Assembly: GCF_009914755.1 (NCBI RefSeq)
Contig: NC_060934.1
Strand: one strand, 5' to 3'
Source: the human T2T-CHM13v2.0 reference genome, Homo sapiens
Length of the DNA stretch: 64,000 bases
Shown here one piece after another: positions 40,525 to 56,343 of the stretch. The position numbers and the translations under genes were made by a program. The notes under the pieces were generated by a model. It did not search any database. It saw only the letters and a list, made by a program, of their open reading frames with translations, and had not been told where the DNA came from. Numbering within the stretch: the first letter of the stretch is position 1; each line of letters starts with the position of its first letter.

Positions 40525-41159
40525 AATTTTTAATTTTTCATGGTGGTAAGATATACATGGCATAAAATTCACCATTTAAACCGTTTTTAAGTGTGTAGTT
40601 CAGCAGCATTGTTTCACACTGTTGTACAACCATCATCCCCCTATCCATCTCCAGAACTCTCATCTTCCCCATCTGCAACTCAGTGCCCATTAAACGCTAA
40701 ATCCCTGCTGTCCCCTCTGGGCCCTTCCAAGTTTGCACTAGGACCACCCTGTCTTTCTACCAAGATGCCGAAGACTTGACAGTGATCACAGAAACCAAGG
40801 CCAGGAAATCCTCACCAAATACTCTTGACATATTGGTAAGCAACTGGGGGGCCAGAAGTTTCTAAAGGTCCTCAAAAAACTGCATAAAAATCACGAATCC
40901 TAGCTAAGAGGCAGTGGGTAGAGAAGATGAGGTCTGAGACAGCCTCTCCACGAGGCCTGTGATTGTGGGGGAAGGGGGCTTCACAACAGGGTCAGCATGT
41001 GGATGGCAGAGGGCTGGCTTTAATCCTATGCCACTGTGGCCCTGGGCACTGGAGTGGCGGGTTCTGAGGCCTGTGCAAGAGCACGCGGTAAAAGTGGCTA
41101 TGAACACCATGCTCCATTCCAAGAGCGTCAAATGCAGACCTATGTCACTAACTCCTCAG

Positions 41160-41780
41160 TGAGTGATGATGCAGGTACTGTTGTTATTCTCATTTCAGAT
41201 AAGGAAACTGAGTAAGTGGCAGAGGAGCCCCAGGCAGGCAGCCTGCCCAGGCCCTCAGACGTCATGACTCCAGGAAGTGGCACCAAGGTGAGGGGCTTCC
41301 TAGACTGGCAAGGTAAACTGTTCAAATTATTCCCCAAAACAGAATGCTTTCCACTCTAGAGCCAGGGAATTGTCTGCACCTCCACAAGATTCCATGTTAC
41401 CATATTCTAAATGATGTGGGCAGGCAATGTGCTATAACAGTCCTGAGCATGGTCTGTGGCATCTCCTGGGAGCTTATTCGAAATGCAGAATCCCAGGCCT
41501 TGCCCCAGACTTAAGAGTCTGCATTTTAACCAGACACCCACCCCTACTCCACCACCCCACAATCCATGTGCAGTTCTAGGAGTGAGGGTCTGGAGAAGGC
41601 AGATGCTGGAGTGGAGGCCAGGTCTGACCCCAGCATCTGACTGTGGACAAGTGATGCAGCCTCCTTGGGCCTCTCCTCTTAGTACAGTGAAGGTACTTCT
41701 TCTCTCAAGGAGTTCTGGTGGTTAAATATGCTAATGTAAGTCAAGTATTCAGCACGGTGTCTGACATACAGGGTGCTCAG
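41160..41780. mobile_element. MIR fragments flanking a MER5A-like element
   Basis: catttcagataaggaaactgag; aaatgcagaatcccaggccttgccccagac..tctgcattttaac; ggttaaatatgctaatgtaag. Confidence 0.65.
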
Positions 41781-41806
41781 GAAGGATGGGCTTCCTGAGG
41801 ACAGCC

Positions 41807-43225
41807 ACACAAAACAAAACAAAATCATTATGAAATTGATGAAGCATGTAGAAATTTGATCAAAATTTCCCTTTGCATCTGGGAAAAATGCACTAGTAGG
41901 TTTTAAACAGCATTTTTTTTTTTTTTTCAGAAATGATCTGGTATAACAGTTACACATAGAAACAGTAATTGAACCAAGATGATCTGGGATGAGCTTAAAG
42001 TGCAGGACCTATCTATACTAACGAAACAGGAAAGTGTTTATCAGAGCAAAATGTACCACGTGTCTGTGTAAGTCTTAATACTGTAAAGCTACCCCTTATC
42101 CTGCAATTCATCAATAATCAGCACAGACCCCATCAACACTTTATGTGGGTTTTTTTTTTGAGATTTGACAAAATGATCCTAAAGTTGATCATACCCATGC
42201 AGGTGTACTAGACCTGGGCACACATTTATTCGCTCTTCTGCATGTGTGTTATATTTTAATAAAAAGGCCACCCACACACATGCACAATGTTATGGCCAAT
42301 GCATGAGAAAGATCAAAGAACAGAGAAGCAAGTAAAGAAACTACACCATGTATGATAAAAATGGAATGGACAGTCAATGGAAAAGATGTGGTTAGAATAA
42401 CTGGTTAATATTTGGGGAAAAAACACAGTTAGATATATCACTCTTTACCCTCCAGAAAGTTGTAGCTAGAGTAAAGTTTTAAATGTCAGAATTGTGCAAA
42501 AATGTAGATGTGTAAGTTACAATCAACTCATGTAATGTAGATGACCTTGGGGGAAAGAAAGGCCTTTCTCAAATGATTGCAAGGCTAGAAGCCAGCAAAA
42601 AAAGAGGCTGACAGATATGACAGAGAAAAATTGTGTGGCAAATGATATATAAATATCATTGAAAACAAAGTGAAAAATAATAAACTGGGAAAAATATTTC
42701 CAACATGAGAGAAAAACAGATTCAATGGCCTTAATATATAAAGAACTCTTAAAAATAAATAAAGACACATGCTCCAGTAGAAAAATGGGCAAAGGTGGAA
42801 AGTTTACAAAAGACACACACGGCCAGTAAGCATCTCCGAAAAGCAGTGTGTGGCATGCAAATTAAAACTGCAACTAGCAAAGATCATACTGGCATCAATC
42901 AAAAGAGAAGACTTGCTAAAAAATCTAAATAGAATCCACTTAAGCTTCTACATCAACTACCAATTTGTAGGAAACACAGGTCAGGGAAGCAGATAAAACC
43001 TCAGGGAGATATAATTAGCGAAATCAGCACAAACTCTATAATCCAGTTAGTGGAGGGGAAAGAGAGAGAGAGAGAAGATCCTTGCATAGAGAGAGATACT
43101 TAGGAACCCATCAGCTTGTCACAGTGTGTGGCCCTGATTCGGATCCCAATTCACACAAGTTGTAAAACACAAAACAAAACAAAATCATCATGAAATTGAT
43201 GAAGCATGTAGAAATTTGATCAAAA
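41807..43225. repeat. Dispersed 59-bp direct duplication (41807-41865 and 43167-43225)
   Basis: 58/59 identical. Confidence 0.97.
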
Positions 43226-43860
43226 GCTAGCTATTTCATGATATAAGGAATTACTGTAAATTGTGTGTTAGGAGTGACGACTGTATTGTGGTTTTGCTTT
43301 TCAAATGTCTCTTTAGGAGAGACATTGAAAAAAAGCACAGCTGCAGTCATATTCTGTCTGGTATTTGCATCTAACAGTGGGACCAGGTGGGAACAGGCAG
43401 GCAGGACTGGCAGTGGCCGATCATCACTGGAGCTGGATAAGAACTGACGGGGTTCCTTGTCCTGTTTGTTTGTCCTGCCTACTTTTGTGGGTGCAAAGTG
43501 CTCCATGCTAAAAAAAAAAGTTTCTGCCAATGTTCGTGCACAGGGACAGGACATGGGCTCTTGGTACCTTTCCAGAGGGCAGAAAACCAGAAGGTGCCCT
43601 CTGCACCAGCAGCACAACTTCTAGAATGTTCTTTTGAATATAATTGCAAAACTTTACAGAATATAAGGATGTTTAGACAGCAACTTCTATAATAGCAAGT
43701 AGATAGATACAACCTAAGCACTCATTATGAAGGAACTGGGTAAATGTAGCATTTCCATTTAATGGTATACTGTGTAATCACTTAAAATGGTAATGATCAC
43801 TTAAAATGGTAATCTAATATATATTAATTGACATGAAAAGAGTTACATGATGTTAACATT
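42040..43860 (+). mobile_element. Old L1M fragments (ORF2 remnant and L1MC/ME-like 3' end)
   Basis: ttgacaaaatgatcctaaagtt; aatatataaagaactctt..aaaaatgggcaaagg; gatataaggaattactgtaaatt. Confidence 0.65.
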
Positions 43861-43873
43861 AAAAAGTATGTGC

Positions 43874-44183
<310 letters not shown>

Positions 44184-44186
44184 CTA

Positions 44187-44482
44187 GGCCGGGCGCGGTG
44201 GCTCACACCTGTAATCCCAGCACTAGGAGAGGCCAAGGTGAGCAGATGGCTTGAGCCCAGAAGTTCAAGACCAGCCTAGGCAACATGGTGAAGCCCCACC
44301 TCTACAAAAAATACAAAAATTAGCCAGGCGTGGTGACACATGCCTGTGGTCCCAGCTGCTCAGGATGCTGAGGAGGTACTCATCTGGGCCCGAGGAAGTC
44401 AAGGCTGCAGTGAGCCGTGCTTGCACCACTGCACTCCAGCCTGGGTAACAGGAGTGGGACCTTGTCTCAAAATAAAATAAAC
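44187..44482 (+). mobile_element. AluJ
   Basis: ttgagcccagaagttcaagacc; gtcaaggctgcagtgagcc. Confidence 0.92.
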
Positions 44483-45587
44483 TATAAATTTTAAAAGTAC
44501 ATGCTTGGGAGCATATATTCACATAGAAAAAATTTTGAAAGGACGCACATCAAAATGTGAACATGAGTTACTTTTGAGTAATGGGATTATGGACGACTTA
44601 GTTTCATGTTTATCTAAAATTTATAATTAAAAATTTTTTTCTTTAATAAGTATGGATTTCAAGTATACTTTTTGTTTTAAAAACAAATTTGGAAATAAAC
44701 TATATTTTTGAAGGAGGAAAAACATGTCAAATGATGTTAACACATCTTTGTTAACCACTTACCATGCTTTTGAATGTTCTAAAATGAGTTTCGTAAGTTG
44801 TTGGTTTAGAAACCATTACAAACTTACTTTGTGAAATTATTAAAGGTACGTTTTGACATTTTTAGCCCCTATATCCCCCCAAAAGCAATAACAGATTATA
44901 ATTAAAGAACAAATTGAAAATTTATCTAATGGACATACAGACACATCAATGCCCAGTCTGTTTCCTCAGGGTGTAAGAAAATGTCTTTTTCCTCCTCTTT
45001 TGACAAGAATACAAAGATGAAGCACTTTAAAGGGATAATCCCATTTCACGCTCGTCATGGGTGCATCAAGACCCAGTTTAGTGAAATCTATGCAGGTTTT
45101 GCCTATTAGCTAATCTGTTTTAGTACCTGTGGTGCTGACAAATTAATTTGCCAGGGAGAAACAGTTCTGCACGGGGTGAGCTCCTCCAGGTAATCCCAGC
45201 AGGAGGCGGGTTGGGCTGGAGAGCAGAGACCGTCCTGTGGCCAGGGATGACTCTGGAGCCAGGGAGGTGGGGCTGAAGGCCAGGATGGATGCCAGGGCAG
45301 CTGTGACAGCAAGTCAGGGGGTGGGTGGAGGGCGGCTGCCAGGGGACAACAAGGCCACGGGCAGGACCTCTGTTCACACGAGGCCAGAGTAGGATGGGAC
45401 TGAGGTGTGGACCACACCTAGGAAAATCTGGAATTTCTGAGCCTTCTATTTCATGGCCTGTACTAAAATGGCTGAAAACACCAAGAAAATGTTGCCATCC
45501 CCCTTTTTAGGTACCCAGTCACAAGCTCCTCCATTCCCTTCACAGTCTGGAAAATCCAGCACCTGGATAAAGCTGCTGGTTCTCCAC

Positions 45588-46122
45588 TGTGGTGGTTAAT
45601 ATCAAGTGTCAACTTGATTGAAGGATGCCAAGTATTGATCCTGGGTGTGTCTGTGAGGGTGTTGCCAAAGGAGATTCACAGTTGAGTCAGTGGACTGGGA
45701 GAGGCGGACTCACCCTCAATCTGGGTGGGTACCATCTAATCAGCTGCCAGCTTGGCCAGAATAATGCAAGCAGGAGAATGTGGAAAGACTAGACTGGCTG
45801 AGTCTTCCAGGCTTCCTCTTTCTCCCGTGCTGGATGCTTCCTGCCCTTGAACATCGAACTCCAAGTTCTTCAGCTTTTGGACTCTTGGACTTACACCAGT
45901 GGTTTGCAAGGGCTGTTGGGCCTTCAGCCACAGACTGAAGGATGCACTATCGACTTCTCTACTTTTGAGGTTTTGGGACTCAGGCTGCCTTCCTTGCTCC
46001 TCAGCTTGCAGACGGCCTATTGTGGGACCTCACCTTGTGATCATGCAAGTCAATACTCCTTAATAAACTCCCCTTCACATATACACTTATCCTATTCTGT
46101 CCCTCTAGAGAACCCTAATACA
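45588..46122 (+). mobile_element. MLT2A1-like solo LTR (HERV-L)
   Basis: tgtggtggttaatatcaagtgtcaacttgattgaaggatg...ccctctagagaaccctaataca; TSD tccac/cccac. Confidence 0.9.
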
Positions 46123-47423
46123 CCCACATTCTGGCCAGTTACACCTCATCCCTTTCGTCCTTGTCACCTGGGTCATCAGGTTTTGTGAGCTTTGCTTTTC
46201 CAGAACCGAAGGCCTGCTTTGGGGTGGAGGGGCTGTGTACCAGGAGGGAGGGCACTGACACTGAGGAGTCACACTGTGGGCTAAGGGCAAACCCCAAGGG
46301 CGACCTCCCCACCACACAGATGGGAACCAGAGGCTCCAAGAAGTCTAAGGACTCATCAAGGTCAGGTGGAGATGGTCGGTGGAGATGAGATGGGAACTCA
46401 CGTCTGTCTGACTCTGAAGCGGGGGCATTTTCCTTGGGGCAGGAGGATGCCCGGGGACTGTTCTCTACAAAAGCCAGCTTCGTATGAACAGCTGGAGGGA
46501 CGCGTGCCACGTCAGCTACAAAACACCCACCTGACACCGGGTGGACACCTGCTCTCTCCATGAACGAGGGTGAGAAGGAAGAGTTTACACACAAAAAAGA
46601 ACATGCTGTCCATCTAAGAGTTTTCTTTTTTTCCCGTAAAAATTAGACGTGTATCTCATTTTGGAAAAGAGAAGAACAAACTAAAGCTCTTCATAAAGAT
46701 CTTTCGTAAGGCTACAAACGCCAATACCTTCTCCCTCTTTCCCGGCTTTGGTTGTTTGGCACGAACTGGCATTTTTTGATCGAGTCATAGCTCTGGGATC
46801 TTACCCAGGCTTAATGAAGACGTGTCCTGTAATTCTGGATCATCCATATCCCAGGTGGTGCTGTACTGGTTTCAACACCTTGTCTTCCTCTGCTCCATCT
46901 TTCCCGTATGGAACTCTCCCATGACCGAATGCCATGATGACTTATAGAGGGGGCTCTTCCCACATCAGTGCCGAGGACACTCCCTGGAGGGAGCACATTC
47001 CCTGCAGATAACGTGATGCGGACAGGAGCTTACAAACAGGACATCTCAGGAAGCTTTCAAACCCAGAGAAAATAATGCCAGCCTCACAGTCAGACGATAC
47101 ATTGAAAACCCAAGAGAAAATGAGTAATTTCCACTTGAATATAAAAGGGATTCTGTCTCTGATAACTTCAGTTGGGGAACAGATTGGACACTAGCATTTA
47201 GTAAAATTCACTCCAAGATTAGAACATTTTAAATATAAAAATAAGCCTTTTAATGAAAGAGTGTGTAAATAGCCCTGGGTACATCCACAAAACAACGAAA
47301 AAGCATGATGGCGGGGCTGCGTCTGGGTGGGCCTCCATAGGCCATGAGTGCCCAAGCTCATAGGAAGTTTGATACAAAATTTTTTGACTTGTAAATAATG
47401 CAATTGATCTCCCTCTCAACCAG

Positions 47424-47587
47424 GAACATTCGAAAGGAGGCTGTAGTACGTAGTAAGGATTTGGGGGCTCTTTTGAAGTGATGTGGATTCTCCTGGCTCT
47501 CGTGCAGAGGATGGTGGATTTACTAGAATGAAAGGACAGACAAACCTCCCCCCACCCACAGAGGACACCGGGCTGCTATTTGAACAG
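47424..47587 (+). ncRNA. Candidate plus-strand non-coding exon
   Basis: Acceptor ctccctctcaaccag| (alternative at 47508) and consensus donor CAG|gtaagt. Confidence 0.4.
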
Positions 47588-49467
47588 GTAAGTCCCCAAA
47601 CCCATCTGTAGGAGATTCACATTTGCTGCAACATGAAGGGTTCAAAACCAAAACTGGGACCTTCTTTTTTCCAGCTTGCATCTTCTAATGATTCTTGGTA
47701 TGGCTAAAATGTCCCTACAAAGATAAAACAGCACATTGCGGGAATTAATTTACCTTGGCCAAATTAATACACCTTGGCTATATATACATTTGCCAACACA
47801 AAGCACTACATTTAAAATGACTACTTGTAAGTGATAACTTAATTCCTGAGGTATCTGTTTATAGATATATTAATATATATTACATTATAATTAAGATATT
47901 TAAAGCATTTCCAGTAGTGACTGGTACACAGAAGACTTTCAATAAATGTTACTTCCCTTCTTTCCTATAGTACTTTGAGGAATAGCAAGAGAATGAAAAT
48001 ACTATTCATATATTCATAAAATAAATTTTTAAAAAAATGTCTAAATATTGAATCAGGATTCAGCACAAAAGCAACACAAAAGTGGCTCCTCTCACCAGGG
48101 ACATCCGGGAGTAAGAGAGGCTCACGGCAATCCCCACCAGGGCCCCTCCGGCCCCCAACCCATTTCCTAGAGCAGGCCTCTCATCTCCTCACCTTCACCC
48201 GCAGAAGTAACTGGGAGAACCAGATGGCTGGGGATAGACAGTTGGCCAGACACTGTACCACTGTGCAATGAGAGGCTCGTCAGCATCTAGGAATCTCTGT
48301 CACACTTGGCCACATATCCTGGCACATAGCAGCGTGGCACTCTGGCCCACAGGCAGAGACAGGCACAGCCTCCCTGTCCTGAAAGGACTCCACCATCAGG
48401 GCAACAGGCTCCTGAGCTGGCTGCAGCCCAGGAAGGGTGGGGTAGGCTGGGCAGTGGGGAAACAAAGAAGTCCAGTTCTTGATGATGTCCCTGCTTCCTG
48501 GAAGGCAGGGGCTGCCCTGACCCACAGGGACCAGACAGGAGAGACTCTGAACTTGCCTGGAGGGATTATCAGACAGCAGAGTACTGACGTCAGATACTGA
48601 TGGCTCCTTCGAGTGATCAGAACGAAATGCTACAGGAGCCAGGGAAGACAGCACGTGACCCTACCTGGTGAGGGGCCTGAAGAAGGCTTCACACAAGACA
48701 GGAATCTCGGGTGGGCCACGAAGGAGCAAGAGAATCTTTGGAGGTGGGAAGGTATACCTCAAGCAGTAAGAACAGTACAAGGTCAGACTGTTCCAGGATC
48801 GGAGAAGCTGTGGCGGCTGGAGCAGGGGCTTGTGGCGCACATGGCAGGGATGGGAGCAGCTGTCTGGGAGGTCAAGCAACACTGAGATTTGAAGGGCCCT
48901 GGATGCCATGGTGAATACAGGTGCTGCATTTACTCAACAGGCCTGCGCTTCCCAGAATATTCCCAGAATCACATGTGTAGCAGGTATCCCTTTACAAAAG
49001 GACATTTTGGAAACCAGTTTCTTCATGCAATTCTCGAGGTCTTTCACAGTCTAATGGACATCAAGTCTCTAAAAGGCAGGGGAAAGTATGTAGCATTTCC
49101 TGAACTTCTCTGGACAAGAACCTGTTCTGTTGGGAGACTCTGAACGCAGGAGCCCAGCTGGCAAATCACGGCTCTGGGCTGTGCACTGAAGGGGCAGAGT
49201 CAGTGGAAGCCTGGGAGGCTCACTTGGAGGTGCCGTGGGGTGCGCAGACCCAGGAAGCAGCAGGCGTCTCTTAGGGAAGAGACAGGGGAACTGCAGGGAA
49301 ATGCTGTTTAATTCATTTCGTCATCACCAACCACAGAACTTGAAAAACACAATGATTTCTTTTTTAAAAAAAGCTATTCACTGAGGTGACTTATTCCTGA
49401 CGCATCCTTCCCTGCTCTGTTCAAGGAGGGGTATACCTGGAAGACATGTTTGAGACAGAAAGGATAA

Positions 49468-50009
<542 letters not shown>

Positions 50010-51589
50010 CTTGACACGTCCCAGTTTGTCTCTGTCTCTCTCAAAGCAAGCAGCCCCCAGTGACACCCAAAGAGAAGCCTCGTACTGACCCCAATCTAGA
50101 CTGGGGCTGGGCCAGTGGGACCTCAAGTCATCAGACTCTGGGACTCACAGATGGCCCACACCAGCCACCAGAGGCAGGTCTGACGAGGAGCATCAGGCTC
50201 ATTGTGCCTCGACTGTGAGTCTTACTGCAGACAATTAAAATGCCTTGCCTCCTGTTTGGTCAGGCTTGAAAAGTGATTTGATCAGCAATAATGGGAAAAC
50301 CCTTTTCCACTTTTGGTAAAACACAATTCCACGGAGCAAGAGAACGATGTTTGTGAAGAGGGAGTTTTTATTTGCTTCTAACCTTGGGATGAAAAGGGCC
50401 CAGGGCCAGCTGCTTCTGGTTGCACCTGCTGCCCAGCGCCTTCTCCTCCACACCCTTGGGGCACACGTGTGTGGCCTCAGCCCTTCTTTCATCTCTCACT
50501 GCAACGGCTTCTTTGTGGGGTTTGCCACCACGCATGAACTCCCTCAAAACGTCCCCCTTTCCTTTTTGGAAGCCTTCCTCGCTGGGCTCTCCATGACCTC
50601 TCTGTGGAGCCGGAAGGACAGCAGGGCCAACAGGGACACACCTCACTCCATCTGGGACCATTACGTGAAACACCCAGATTGATGCCCTCACCTCTGGTAC
50701 ATCTAGCTGCAAGTCATCCCTGTGGACTGGGGGAGGAGAGAACTGCACCCCACATCTCCTTCCCTTTTTGCTGAAGCCATTTTTCCTTAATGGGCAGAGC
50801 CCTGGCTGTGGCTAGCTCTCTGCTTCTCCCCGAGTACCTGTGTGACAGGATGACAGCAGCCCTCTGTGGGTTAAAGATGTTGACGATTCCTGCCATTACC
50901 ATCTGCCAGAGGAGTCATTTTTTCTTCCTTTAACAGCATATTCGTCTTTACTACCACAAAACACTGTCCCTTCTCAAGAGAATTCTACAAAGGCCTACAG
51001 TAAAAGCTTGGACCTCTAAGACAATCATCCGTCTTTACCAGCATGCATCTTTGTATGATGAAATGTCTTTAGAGCACCTGCTGTGCCCTGTGCCGAGGGA
51101 CACCTGTCACACCCTTGCCTCATCTTCCTCCCTTCCTTCTTGGAGGCGTCAACACTTGAAAGTGGGCGTGCACCCTTCTGTACCAGTCATAGCCCCAACA
51201 GGAAACAGATACATGGGCGAACAGGAGACCTCACAAAGGGGTTATTACAAAAGGATTTGTCACAAAGTTGTCCTGGGAGCCGCGAGGGACAGTGCAGGGG
51301 CCAGACCCAAGGGATAAAGGGCAGCAGCGGCTACCAGAACCTGGAAGGAGGAGATGACACATGCTGCTGAGTGACACTGGCCAGGGGACATGGCCACATA
51401 CCCTGCCCTCGTTCTCCAGCCTCCTGTTGCCTGCCCCAAATCCCCCTAGCGGCTGAGCCCAAAGGGAAGTGGGAGAGCCCAGGTGCCCCCGGCACCCCCT
51501 GGATGTAAGCCATGCAGGCTGGCCTCCTGTGCAGATGCCAGGAAAGGTGGGCAGTGGATCTGACCTGGAAGGGCAAACAGAACACAAAG

Positions 51590-52800
<1,211 letters not shown>

Positions 52801-52947
52801 CACGCTGCAACCATGTGAATGGAGTTTTGTTCTTCTAATTGACTGTTACCAGTAAGTAAGAGTCTATCTATTTTTGTGTGTTCATCTTATATTCAACAAT
52901 CTTGCTGGATATTAGTTCTACTAGTCTATCTGCAGATTTTCTGGAAA

Positions 52948-53107
52948 ATTTTTTTTTTAAGAGATGGGGTCTCACCCTGCTGCCTGGGATGGAGTACAGT
53001 GGCATAATCATAGCTCACTGCAGCCTCCAACTACTGGGCTCAGGCAATCCTCCTGTCTCAGCCTCCCAAAGTGCTGGGATTATAAGCATGAGTCACTGTG
53101 GTCAGCC
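52948..53107 (-). mobile_element. Alu monomer (FRAM/FAM-like)
   Basis: ~160-bp Alu-derived sequence. Confidence 0.85.
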
Positions 53108-54246
53108 TTGGATATTCTATGTAGATAATTATACCATCTGGAAATAACAATTTAGATTTTTCTCTTTCCAATTCTTATGTCCATTGTTTCTTTTTTTTTT
53201 TCTTATCACATTATGCCAGCTAGGAGCCCTAGCATACCGAGCAGAAGTGCTAATAGCATCCTCGTCCTTTTCTCTTCAACACAGATGCTTCCACTAAGTA
53301 TCACGTCCTTAATTTTTACCAGAAGAAAGCCTTCTATTTCTGGTTTGTGGAGTTTTTAAATATATATCATGAATGGGATTCGCATCTGACTGTATGCTGT
53401 TGCTGCATGTAACAGATGATCTCTATTTTCCCTTTGATCAGACAATGCAGTCATTTTTCTAATGTTAAATCATCCATGTGTTCTTTCATACAGGGTTTTT
53501 AAAATCTGTAAAATCCCTGTGATGGGAGCTTTTTGATAACCTTCCCAGATCCTTCCATTGTTACTGATCTGATTCTGTTCTCTGTTCTTGAGTCAGTTTT
53601 GGTAACTGAATTTTCTGGGGTGGGGAGAGGAACCCCACTGCAGTGGCCATCGCACCCCCGGACCTGGTGCAGCCTGTCCACATGCACGTCACAGTGCAGT
53701 CCCCTTAGCAGCTCAAAGATGCATTCCAAGCTCTTCTGGCATCTATTGCTACTAATGAGAGATCTGTTGTCAAATTATCATCCCTTCATGCTTAGCCAGT
53801 CATTTCTCTCTAGCAGCTCTACACGTTTCTCTGCCTTTGATGTCCTCCAGTGTCATGATGACCTATCTATGTGTGGATACATCACACCCAAGACTCACAA
53901 AACTTAGGGGATAAAACATTAGATATCACCAAAACACTGCACCCTGAGCCCTTCCACTCAGTAGAAATAACGCCCTTATTTTGAAGTTGTTTACCACTCT
54001 CATAAATGTTTTTATTCCTTTAGTAGATATATATCAATGTTTCCCATGCTTAAAATTGTATCTAGATAGTATCATTCTACGTAGATCCTTCTGTAATTTC
54101 CTTTTTTCTCCATTTGATTTGATCCATTTTCACTGCTCTCTGTAACATTTCATTGAGTAAATCTATTGCAATTCATTTATTCATTCTATTGATGAACATT
54201 TAGGTTGTTTCTGGCTTTTCTTACTCTAACAGTGCAACAACAAATA

Positions 54247-54512
54247 TTTTGTTTTGTTTTGTTTTGAGACAGAGTCTTGCTCCGTCACCCAGGCTGGAGT
54301 GCAGTGGTGGGATCTTGGCTCACTGCAACTTCCACCTCACAGGCTCAAGTGATTCTCTTGCCTCAGCCTCCTGAGTAGCTGGGACTACAGGCATGCGCCA
54401 CCATGCCTAGCTAATGTTTTTTGTATTTTTAGTAGAGATGAGGTTTCACCATATTGGCCAGGCTGGTCTCAAACTCCTGACCTTAAGTGATCTGCCTGCC
54501 TCAGCCTCCCAA
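54247..54512 (-). mobile_element. 5'-truncated AluS with TSD
   Basis: TSD caacaaatatttt. Confidence 0.93.
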
Positions 54513-54928
54513 ATACAACAAATATTTTGTATACACTTTCTTGGGCATCTACTAGGGTATACACCTAGGACCATATCTTCTAGCTTACCAGAAATGCCCA
54601 CCATAAGCTTTACCCATGTACATGGCTTCTGAGGAAGTGAACACATCCTTTCACTCTACCTCACTCACAGTTATAGCACCATTTTTATTTTTGCTAATTT
54701 GATGGTTTAATTTGCAAGCCCTTAAATTACTAGTAAGGTTGAACACCTATTTATATTTATTGGCTATTTTGGGTTTCCTCTTCTCTGAACTGCCAGGTCA
54801 TATACTTTGCCCATTTATTTACTGGACTGATTTGCATATTTATTCAAGAAACCCATCTTTATATTTTGTGCATTGTAAATATCTTTCCTGCAAAAAGCTT
54901 TTCTTAGACAATGATGAAAGAATTCTGA

Positions 54929-55372
<444 letters not shown>

Positions 55373-55997
55373 TAATTTTATCTTTCCTCATATATGGATA
55401 ACTAATTGCCCTGGCACAATTTATAGGTGTATGTAAATCTCATTTATAATGCCTTCAAACTGCCATATATGCATGTTTAAAGATCTCAATTTTATTTCAT
55501 TGGTTAGTCTACACTTAGGCCAATTAACACATTGTCTTAATGGTCACAGCTTTGTAATATATCTTGATATCTGATGGATAATTTCCCTTGCTTGTTATTC
55601 TACTTCAAAATTGTTTGACCACATATGCCTTTCTTCAATTCTGGAAAATTCTCAGCCATTATCTTTTCAACTATTCTACTCAAACATTCTCTAAAGTCCT
55701 TCCTTCTGGATTTCCTAATGGGCATTCTCATTCTTTCCTCTATGACTCCTAATTACACTTTTATACTATCCATCTTTTTATCTCTCTTGCTGTGCTTGGG
55801 GGATTTATCCAGCTCTATCTTCTAATTCACTAATTCTGTCTTTAACTGTGTCTAATCTGATGACTTTTTAAAAAAACTTCAATGAACATATCATGCACTT
55901 TTAGTTCTTTTTAAAAAAACCTTCCAATTTTTTTTCAAACTGTCTTCCTTTCTTACTATGGCTCTATTTCTTCTTTAATCATTTTATAAAATAACTA

Positions 55998-56343
55998 CAG
56001 GATACTTCAGAGACATGGCAGGCTTGGTTGCAGAACACTGCAATAAAGTGAGTCACACAAATTTTTTGGTTTCTCAGTGCATATACAAGTTTTGTTTACA
56101 ATATGCTTGTAGTCTATTAAGTGTGCAACAACATTCTGCCTAAAAATATGTACACACCTTAATTTAAAAATACTTTGTTGTTTTAAAATGCTGACACAGA
56201 AGCATGAGATGAGGATATGCTTTTGGGACAATGGCACCAAACAGACTTGTTCAATGCAAGGTTGCCACAAATCTTCAATGTGTAAAAACCACAGTACCTT
56301 CAAAGCACAATAAAGTGAAGTGCAATAAAATGAGTTGTGCCCG
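55998..56343 (-). mobile_element. Internally deleted Tigger1 derivative with both ends and a TA TSD
   Basis: ta|caggatacttcagagac...gcaataaagtgagtcacacaaattttttggtttc...gttgccacaaatcttcaa...gcaataaaatgagttgtgcccg|ta. Confidence 0.85.
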
